Below, in pieces: positions 53,976 through 64,000 of a stretch of DNA of 64,000 bases. Each line of letters opens with the position of its first letter. The first letter of the stretch is position 1. Position numbers and translations under genes: made by a program. Location of the stretch: the NCBI GenBank assembly GCA_040954595.2, contig CM082598.2, positions 2,921,154 to 2,985,153 on the forward strand. The letters are read 5' to 3'. The notes beneath the pieces were generated by a model. That model was not told where the DNA came from. It saw only the letters and a program-made list of their open reading frames with translations, and searched no databases. Source of the DNA: Balanoglossus misakiensis. Taxonomy: Eukaryota; Animalia; Hemichordata.

Positions 53976-55437
53976 GTATGTCAGATTCCTTGCTTTTCAG
54001 CACCGATCGATTTGCGCGTCCGCTAGCTACAAATGCAATGCAACAACGCTTGTCCATTTCATCACATGCGGGCTTGTCATGATCTAAGAGTCCATGGCTG
54101 GCCTACATGATTTCATGTATTTGGCCGGGAATCACACACACGGTACATACCCTGTGTTCTTGGAAGCACCTCAAATTAGAAGTGTTATTATTCCGATCTT
54201 GGTAAAATCAATATTTTAATCCCACAGAAGAAACACACTCCGCGCCGGCTGAAATTACATACGCGTGATGACGTTTCCAGTTCCGATTCGAATAATTGCC
54301 ATTCTCAGACTGTTTCATTCAGATCGCTGCAATGTTTGTATCATACGTATGTAAGTTTCAAAAGAGAACCGCCCCATTGTGTTGTGATCAGGATATCTAT
54401 TGTTTTGTTAATTTCTTTTTGTTCGTTCGCGACGACGCGATGCCCATTCACGTTTTCTGGCTCAGTGAACGTGTCTGATGATCAGATGATTGTCCCCCCC
54501 CCCCCCCCCCCACGCGTGGCACTACTACTGAAACATTTGATAATAAAAACTGAATTAGAAAATCATAGATGTTCATAATAAGTATAATTGAAGTATTACC
54601 GATGACATTTCACACAAATCAATATCTACAATGTATTTACAATGTGTGCAACTCACCATCAATAACATTTGCAGTATGCTGTATAATTATATAACACACT
54701 ATTACACATGATTAGTGGTGAGTGATGTTTCATAACTGTTACAACAATCAGATTATGTTTTATTTTATGATTTGTGTGTGAAAGGAAAAAATGAATTGTA
54801 AAGCACCTGTATTATGGGGCAGGCAGGAAGCTAAATTGTATGTTTCTTTTGTCCACTTATGTGCAGTGATTGGTGGTTTAATAACTAATTGGTTGCCTTG
54901 ACAATGACGTGTACATTGTACACTATTACTTACCAGGTGCAGAGAACTGGTACCAAAGTAGAACATAATGTACATATATGTACTGTATAATTATTTTTAT
55001 AATATCATAAAACAGCCCTTTTTAGATAAATGGTTTTGTATAACCTAGCAATCTAACTCATTCAGTAAAAGCATGACAGGTTCCATACACCATGATCTAC
55101 AGCTTTGTTTTATAAATTTATGGGAAAAAATGATCAGGGTTTAAACTTAATGGACATTCCACTAACCCCTCTCCCTCATTCAGCAGTATACCTGCACCAC
55201 CTGCGCATATAATGGAATTGACCGTTTGCATCTAATTCTCTGTTTTACAGATTGTGATTATTAAGTAGTCTATGGGATACAGTACATCGCCAGCCAACGT
55301 CAACGCTTAGGATTTAGTGCATTACCGGCAGTGTGCGAAACTTCTGTAGATCTGTTTTTCAATCATTCATCAACAATCATCATCATTCAGTACTATTCTG
55401 TTCTGTTATCTGAAGTACAGAAGCACTTCCAACAGGA

Positions 55438-58400
55438 ATGGTTGTTGACTTGAGGTAGGATAAATGGGATGATGTGTTCATCATTACATGTATACTGGCA
55501 TTTTTTTTGTTTCAAACAAGTACAAGTGTTTGTGGCTGTACAACAAGCCCTCAAAGCACTTCACTGTAAGATCTACATGTATACATGTACATTGTACAAT
55601 GTACATTTTATCACCAGACATTTTTTTTACAAACACACTATCAAATGTTTGCAGTCATCCAATATGGTAAAACTTTTCTGGCTACAAATTTTCATGTTAG
55701 TGTTATTCTGCATTGTCTGAAGTTGGCTTGTGTGTAACAATTTTAACCTGTGGTCGCTGAAAGACAACATTTTTATGCCAGTTTGTGTGTTTCTGTTCTT
55801 TTCTCCAGCTTACCAGCAAAATGCATCAATGGAGGGGTTGCTGGTATAGTGGGTGTGTCTTGCGTTTATCCCATTGATCTCGTCAAGACCAGATTGCAAA
55901 ATCAACAAATTAAAGATGGAGTCCGAATGTACAATAATATGTAAGTACACACAAACCTGTCTATAGTGGCCAGTCAAGGGACTTTCCTAAACTGGCCTTT
56001 ATAGACATGTGGCCTTTATACATTACACTATGCATATATATCTTGCACAGGACAATGTGGCCACTATATAGAGGTGGCCACTAACACAGGCTGTAAAATT
56101 TAACTCTTTCATCACCATGGTTTGGTCGAACTGTATTACTTTCAATAGCAGTGCTGGACCTTTATACCGAGAAATGGGGGTGAAAGGGTTAAACATTACA
56201 GACTAAAATATTTTTCAGATATATGACCCAAGTCTTATGCTTCCTCAGGTCAAAACAATCATTAATAAACCACAACAGATATCTGTAATTCTTTGGCCAA
56301 TGATAGGAGCAGATGTTTAAGATCATACAAATATGTCATGCACTGTAAAAGTATACAGATCAGGTCTACATTTCAGAATCATGATGTCATTGGCGCTGGT
56401 ATGTGTGAGTGTGACCCAGATTTGAGAATTCAATGTGCCAACATTTATGACATTGTTTAAACTAGACATCAATTCCGAGTGTACTTAAGTATTGAGGATA
56501 ACGGGTATGTCGGTCAAACTGTCTCCTCCATTGAATGTAAATTAGATATGTAAATTATTATATGGATCCTTTCATTTGAGATCACATGGCCACCATCAAT
56601 ATGTCTGGAACATTCCCATGATAAGATTACAGTGCCTCACTTAAATGGCAGATGGATTGAAACATTGAAATCTGATCTACAGCAATGGACTTTTGAAGTT
56701 GTTCTCTTTTAGTTTAGTAGCGCGTATTTTTGCGTATTTTATTACGTGTTTAGTCTGTTTGGAGGGCAATAAAAGAGAATATTTGAAATATTTGTGATGA
56801 AATTATATTATCAAGGTGGGTATTTGTGTAGACATACTTCAACATGGATTCTTGTGCTGAAAATGGCATGTGACCCAATTTGAATTTCTGTCGTCAAAAG
56901 ATATTTGAAGTGTCGGTGTTTGAACCTGTGTTTGTTATAGTGTTGATTTACACACTGTCCGCTAGGGTTCATGGTCATCTGTACTTTTGTAATGTATCTC
57001 CTTCCTGGTTAAAGGGACAAAGTCTCTCTCTCGCTGCCCTTTTTCCATTAATTATGTTTGATACAAGACACTGTTTATGCTACATGTGGATATATAGTGA
57101 ATCAATGTTCGACTACACACAACTTCCTTCCCGCTTGTAGACACAGGAGAGAAAAACTCACCAAAATGAATAATCGGTCTTTACGTTACCGTTTGATTTG
57201 ACAATATTTTTCTTTTTACCAACAGGCTTGATTGCTTTCGCAAAGTATTCCGAGCGGAGGGTCTCCGAGGGCTTTATAAAGGTGGGTCTCGCTATCCGGA
57301 GGTTTTTTTGCAAACAGACACATGTCGCCATACAAATTCATTTGTACATGCATTTTCAATGCAGACTGGAATTCTGTGTACATTGTAAGTGATGCCTGAA
57401 GAGATATGTGTGACATAATAATAATCAGTGACAATACACTACAGTGGTTAATGGAAATCAGTGTGCCCTCTAAGCAAATAGGACGTGCCACTGACTCAAC
57501 TAACTCACTGTTAACTCAAGAAAATTATCAACACTAAATGCAAAGGTATAGGGCTGAATCAGAGAAATTTCTAGAAATCCTAAAATTGACTCAAAGCTTC
57601 TTTAAAAAAAAAAAAACATTTTTAGAGGGCACACTGGTAATGATTATGATGACAGATACACATTAGTAAATATGAGGTCAAATGAATTTATCTCACAATT
57701 TGACATTCAACAAAGACATTTCATTTTTTTGACACAAAAACAGCTCTGTCCAACACAGCCACATTGGCAGTCTAATCTACTGGTAGTTGTTCAACTTCAC
57801 AATAGAAAATCAGAAATTCTCGTGGGATTAATTTCCTTGGACTCAGTGTAGCTTGAATACCGGTAATGGAACTTCAATCATTCAAGTTGAATGAACAAGC
57901 TTTTCTTCAGCCTTAGTCATTGAATTATGTTACATATTATGGCTATTTTGGACAGGATGTAGATTTGTATAGTTATATAATATCTACTAATCCTTGTACA
58001 TATGTTGCAGTCTGTTTGTCCTTGCAACAAATTGGAAAAAATGAAATTTCAATTTTATGTATTAATCTCACATTGGGTTAGATTTCAAAGAACCCTAAAT
58101 TTTTGCACTGCGAATTTAAATAACCTCAAGCTTTGAGATGCAAAGTTCGTTGACTCAATATCGCCACTACAATGTACATTGTTCAGGCTGACTATCTGAT
58201 GATTTCCCTGTAGGCATTCCTGATTAACCTTTGACACACATATCTTGTCAATCCGAGTGGTACCAGCAGTTGTCAGGGTGAATTAATGTTACACGTATGT
58301 AAATTTGTGACCTTTTGACCTTATCTGCAGGCATTGCTGTGAATGTCACCTTGATAACACCAGAAAAGGCCATCAAATTAGTTGGGAATGATTTCTTTAG

Positions 58401-60310
58401 ATATATTCTCAAGACAGAGGGGTAAGTGGAGAAAAATATATATTTCAGATATTGCCTTTAAAGGGACAAAGTCTCTCTCTTGTTGCCCTTTTTCTAGTAT
58501 TAGTTATCTTTAATACAAGACACCGTTTATGTTATTCTACATGTGGATATATATACTGAATCAACATTTGACCACACACAACTTCCATCCCGCTTGTAGA
58601 CACGAGAGTGAAAAATCTCGCCAAATAATCAGTCTCTACCATTTATTCATTGTGGGATGCTGAAACTGAAACGTTGTTTCGATAATTTTCAGGAAATCGC
58701 TTCCTTTGTACCGCGAGATGTTGGCCGGCGGTGGTGCTGGTCTCTGCCAGGTGATCATTACCTCGCCCATGGAAATGTTGAAGATCCAACAACAAGACGC
58801 CGGCAGACAAGGTAAGGACATTCACAAAAAATTTCGAGAATGCAGAGCGCCCCCTATGGATGAAGTGCGGGCATGGAAGTTTGGCCTTTATAAAACTACT
58901 AGTACTTCAACTATAATCCAAAGTGAACACTGACAAGACTAAGAAACTACAGTCAAACCCCTGTTAGTGGCCACCCCTATATAGTGGTCACCTCTATATA
59001 GTGGCCACTTTGTTACAGTCCCTGTGCAATTCACATGTGTGTTAATTAACCTCTGTATGAAGGCCATCTCTCTATAAAGGCCAGTTTGGGAAAGTCCCTT
59101 GTATTGACTGGCCACTATAGACAGGTTTCACTGTAGTGTATTTTACCCTGAAAAAGACTGGAAAACGAATACAGAGATGCCAGGTTTTCAGATCTCAGTT
59201 TCTTCTCGTTAACGTTCCAGCACAAAAGGGTTCCTGCCCGACGGACACGACTGTCAAAGTCTCGCAGACCAGGAACTTCTCGGCGGCCGCCTCGTCCAAA
59301 CCCAAGTCGGCGCTCCAGACGTCGTTGGAGTTACTGAGAACCAAGGGAATCGTGGGACTGTATCGCGGTTACGGTGCTACCTTGCTCAGAGACATTCCAT
59401 TCTCCATGATCTACTTCCCGTTGTTTGCCCACCTCAATGCTCTGGTGAGTCCTCAGTGAATTTAAAAAATATCCTATTTTAACATTTCAGAATGTAATTT
59501 TGTGTATACATCTCAGCCTATTTTGAACTGCATTGATATGCCTTGCTTACAGTATCTGTGCTGCACATCCATTTTGAATGTGGTGAAAATCTGCAATCTT
59601 GATGAAACACTGCTTTACCCTTTCACCACAATGGTCCGGTCCAAATCAATTGTTTTCTGTGGTAAGATTGGACCTCTAAAGATGGAACCGGGGGTGAATA
59701 CACATCATGGACTCCTTTTTACTTCCCTCATGAATATCTCTCATCTTTTTTTTGCTCCTAGGGTAAAACACCTGGTGGTGAAAAGGCTAGTTTTGCACAC
59801 TCACTTGTCTCAGGCTGCATAGCTGGTGGTTGTGCATCTGTCAGTGTCAATCCCATGGACGGTAAGTCAGACAAGTATTCAGTCCTATCCAGAATTTGCT
59901 CACATTACACAGACAATTTGTAAATTTAAAACATTCTGGCCACTATACAGAGAGGTGGCCACTCACACAGTGTTGACAACTGCTACATGTATTATCTTTG
60001 TTGGCATGCATTTTCAGTTTTCTTTACCCACAATGCACCCCACCAATCCCATGATTCTCTGTGTTCCCCTCCCCCCCTAGTGATCAAGACCCGCTTGCAG
60101 CTGTTGACAACGGCGCAGGGGGACACGACGTACAAGGGCATCCGCGACTGCGCGGTCAAAGTGTGGAGGCAGGAGGGATGGACGGCGTTCTACAAGGGCG
60201 CCGGCTGCCGCATCATCGTCATAGCGCCGCTCTTCGGCATCGCGCAGAGCGTCTACTACATCGGCGTCGGGGAGTACATACTCGGAATCAAACACAATCG
60301 CTACAATTGA
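55438..60310 (+). CDS. SLC25A22: Mitochondrial glutamate carrier (SLC25A22/SLC25A18-like), 8 coding exons
   Basis: Exons 55438-55454, 55809-55940, 57226-57281, 58331-58421, 58693-58811, 59221-59444, 59762-59861, 60081-60310. Three carrier signatures ([24 protein letters not shown]) plus [34 protein letters not shown] and IAPLFGIAQ, typical of glutamate carriers. Confidence 0.95.
55952..56095. mobile_element. Degenerate pogo/Tc1-type MITE, reverse copy of 58948-59135
   Basis: AAACCTGTCTATAGTGGCCAGTCAAGGGACTTTCC...GTGGCCACTATATAGAGGTGGCCACTAAC. Confidence 0.65.
56100..56192. mobile_element. 85-bp piggyBac-type mini-MITE, second full copy, opposite orientation
   Basis: TTAA|CTCTTTCATCACC...GGGGGTGAAAGGG|TTAA, same length as the copy at 42216-42300. 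Confidence 0.75.
57009..57180. mobile_element. Half copy of the TTAA|AGGGACAAAG fold-back MITE
   Basis: TTAAAGGGACAAAGTCTCTCTCTCGCTGCCC...GATATATAGTGAATCAA...CAACTTCC. Confidence 0.7.
58458..58650. mobile_element. Half copy of the TTAA|AGGGACAAAG fold-back MITE
   Basis: Colinear with 57009-57180 and with the reverse complement of 44320-44505. Confidence 0.7.
58948..59135. mobile_element. pogo/Tc1-mariner-type MITE with TA target duplication
   Basis: TA|CAGTCAAACC...GGTTTCACTG|TA with internal TAGTGGCCAC repeats. Related fragments at ~41932-41993 and ~59938-59977. Confidence 0.75.
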
Positions 60311-63300
60311 AGAAGCACCCAGGGGGGAGTGCTGTCATTTACAATCAGTTAGAAGAATATATACCTCTGTGTTGTGTTGTCCGAGTCCCAGTACTTGTGA
60401 AATCTTCATGGATCATATGCTACTGGACAATGTCTTCGTATTCCCAGAATTTTAAAAAAACTTTCCAAGATTTTCCTGGAAAAAACATAAATTTGACTTC
60501 AGGAAGTCGTATCACGGTTTGAGTCATTTAACTCTTTCAGCTCATGCTAGCATAGGGATTCAATTAAGGTCCAATGGCATTATTTGTAAAATAAGGTTGA
60601 AGTTATATTATTATTGTCCAAGAAACGAAAACCCTCTCACATACACCAGTAACTGGTGAACTATGAATAAAAAGACGTAGCATATGAACGCTGAACATTT
60701 CGAACACCTAAATACTTTTTGCATTGCAAAGCAGTGTGCCTCACGAGTCAGATTTCAAAGAAATCAGTGTGAAATATATAATGCCATCTGGTGGCTAAAT
60801 TTGAATTTAAAATTGTTGTATAACTGATAGAGTCTGACCACACAGTTGTGGCATTAACCCAGTGGTCTGTTTCTTTGTATTACAGAGTATGCATGTTACT
60901 ATACAGGTGGTTTGTTTAAGAGCGTGTGTTCCTACGCACTGAATTACAGAACCATCCTAATTTTGTCTCTGTGCCAGTACATTTGCTTAATTTTGTAGCA
61001 ATTTTAATCATTTCCAATCCACTCTAATGTCATGCTAAATAGCTTTTCGATCGCCAAGATTTGCCATACAATGCTGTTTAATGATAAAAGATGTATAACA
61101 GGCTTACACACAAAATATAGCAATCTACGTGAGTTACTGGACTCACCTATGATTCCTCCAATATGTCATACACATGGTGTTTTCATTCCATCAAATAGGG
61201 TCCTTTCCATGATTTCACATTACTGAAGTACTAAGAAGACAATCGAAAAAAAAAGAGTAATTGAAAACTACCTATTTCAACATTTTCAGGTCTACTACAA
61301 GGATTAGATTTTATAGCGATCTCCGAAGACAAAATCTTGCATCAAATCTGAACTAACGATATGAAATCAAAGGTTGCAAGCAATCTTTTTAAATCAAAAG
61401 GTACCAGAATCAGACCAAAACTATAAACTTATGGCGAAGCAAAGGTGATATGTCTATTTTGGCATGTTGACATTGGTCGATACATGCTCAAAATACCATT
61501 TCATATAAATTCAGTGAAATAATACTGAAAAGTTTCACCCCATGAATTTCATGTAAGTTTCAACACAACACAATCAAGTCATTTATACCTTTTAGAATAT
61601 AGCTTGCATGATTTTGAAGAATTTTCAAATAAAAAACGAAAGTGAAATAAAATGATTTCAGGGACAATGTTGCTCTTTCTGATCAGATTTTTTCGCCTTT
61701 TGGAATATTGGTTTTGTGTGAGAAGTTTTCTATTTCGTCGCTTTGGCATGTAAAACAAAACATAGCTTGGTACAATCAGCAAATCACAGTACATGATTAC
61801 TCACATGAAACTGAAATATGCTATAAGAAACAAAATTACTAGATAAAGGTAAACAAAGGAAATAGTGGATTTGCTCAATTAAATTTAGGGAGTAATTTTA
61901 TTTTTCATAAATATGCAGCTGATTTTGTTGATGCTTTTATTATTTTTGTCGTTTTCCAGTCTGTAATTTATATCTGCAACTTTCAAATCCTATTCTACTT
62001 TGTAGTTTTTTAATTTTTTGAAAATGCTGTCTCTCTCATCGCAAACCAGAGCACTGTTGATTTAGCTTAGTTGATTCAATCTAAATTCCTGTTTTCATCC
62101 ATCATAATATTATTCGTGTACAGAAATATGACAAACAAGAGGACGATACAATGAATTTAAAGTTACATATAAATATGTAGTGAAATACATGTTGACACTT
62201 GGGCATTTGTGGTTGTATGGGTCAATCTCCAAACATCTCATAATTTTTTGGACACGATAAATGAAGCACATTTAATAACACAAGCTGCTATTCCACCGCT
62301 TCAAGTGAGATTCTGTTATTTTAAGGAAATAAAGTGTTGCAATAATACCATAGTGTTGAGTTTTTGTGAGCTTTATCAGGCTGTTGCGTGTGTGTGTGTG
62401 TGTGTGATTTTGGAATGGGTACTTCCACTTGTGACTTTGCTGATGCCGTACCTGAGTTGACCGGTTGCTAGGGAGTACGCCAGTATCCTTTCTTTCCAGA
62501 TATCCCATAATTTCCGTCTTGTCACCTGATGATGTCATCACCGGCCAATCACGTCGTGGATTTAACTCGCAGTAGGTAATGAGACCCTCTGTTTGTGCTG
62601 ACCTTCAAATCTGAAAGAAGACAATGCAAGTGACCAGGGAGTGTACAGTCGAAAATCAAGTTTTAGCAGAAAACCTCGCACATGGAAATTAATACAGACA
62701 TTTATGAGTTACACTTTATATCAGACAAAAGGCACAACACACATGTACATGTAAACAGAACTGATATGTCGTGGTCAAACCAACCAAGTGCATTGGCAAA
62801 TTTCATTGATATGCTAGGGTTGAACGAAATATAATCACCCACAAATATCTGACACACAGTCTGCCAGAAAATAAAAAGATAGAACAGCCAAGACTTTGAG
62901 ACTAAATTGTCTTTAATAGTTGGTACACATCACATTATTGCAAACTTAAAGTTACAAAACACATAATAGAAGTCACTCTTGTTTTTGCTCAGAATCTACA
63001 AATATCTTTCTATACAATGTTCTGGTTTTGTTTCTCACTGTACATAATATATAATTGTCATAAACAGTCACAATGCACCCATTTACTTTTCGTGGCAGGA
63101 CACACACATTGATTCGTCCAAAATTTTACAATAATGTTTCATTGGCTGCATTGTCACATTTGCTATATAACTAAAAGCCTTGTCTATGTCACTAAAAATT
63201 CTACCTCTAACTGCATTGATTCTCAGGAAATTTGCACGAGATAATAATAACTTACACAGTTTTACACAGAGGAGTTTACCTCAATAGAAACCCAGAATTT

Positions 63301-64000
63301 GAACGCACCATTGTAAAAACAAAACCATGTGTGAAAACCAGCCATAGAAATACAGACATTCCTATGAACACCTTTATTTGTATGGTCGATCATCAGTTGA
63401 CTAATCCTGTGTCTATTTTCCATAGAACACTGCAGTAGTCTGTATGTGACGTTTTATTCCAGAGTAGGCCTATTGTGAATTCACAATTTCCTAAACTTCA
63501 ACATTTTACGATAAATATACAATTTCCATCCTCTATTCTACATTCTGAGACGGCACAGGTGAGAATTAGCCTGAGTGCCGGTTTTTTTTTCCTACAACCA
63601 TTCTGTGATTTTAGTCTGAAAATTTTCTGTTGGGGTTGGCTCCAAAGAGAGCTTCTCTAATCTCTGGCAACATCTGAAAAGAAACACGACACATAAAGAA
63701 TATTGTTAGACACTTTTCTGTATGACAGATTCAGACTAATGATTTGTAGTACCATGAAATACCCAAATGTTGCACACAGCACTGCACAGGGCAGAAGAGG
63801 CCAAAAGTACTGTACCAACCGTTGTTAAGACATCTCAACTGACAATGTGATGTCTTCGTAGGAAGGTTGGCGGCCTTCCATTTATCCCACTTTTACACCT
63901 GCCAGTACATTGTGTGGGTACGGCAGTTGTCAAGTTGTGGGGGAAAAATGGCTTTAGCAGGCTCATGATGATGATGTGGGCAGTGATCAGTGACGGGCTG

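Noticed and set aside
62452-64000. Possible 3' exons of a minus-strand gene entering from the right edge (62452-62610, ~63592-63673, 63820-64000)
   Set aside because: Splice-like sites are present, but every frame contains stops and no protein family is recognisable. They could be UTR or terminal exons; not supportable from this window.

Overview
AT-rich animal genomic DNA, intron-rich and with TTAGGG repeats. A non-vertebrate such as a marine deuterostome is my inference, not proven. (1) 1-14.4 kb: an 87-bp palindrome-containing satellite in three blocks (forward, inverted, then a diverged forward variant). (2) 20.1-46.5 kb, minus strand: a complete 38-exon R3-type receptor tyrosine phosphatase (PTPRB/PTPRJ/PTP10D-like, about 2607 aa by hand assembly) with signal peptide, Thr-rich stalk, about 21 FN3 domains, one TM helix and one intact PTP domain. 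Fifteen of the FN3 exons lie in two recently homogenised exon+intron tandem arrays. One intron holds a triplicated ~600-bp segment interleaved with two telomere-like arrays. (3) Plus strand: MRPL21 (50.7-53.1 kb) and a mitochondrial glutamate carrier, SLC25A22/18-like (55.4-60.3 kb). Several small MITE families and micro/minisatellites are scattered through the introns. All exon boundaries were read by eye from GT/AG sites and frame continuity, without a database search.
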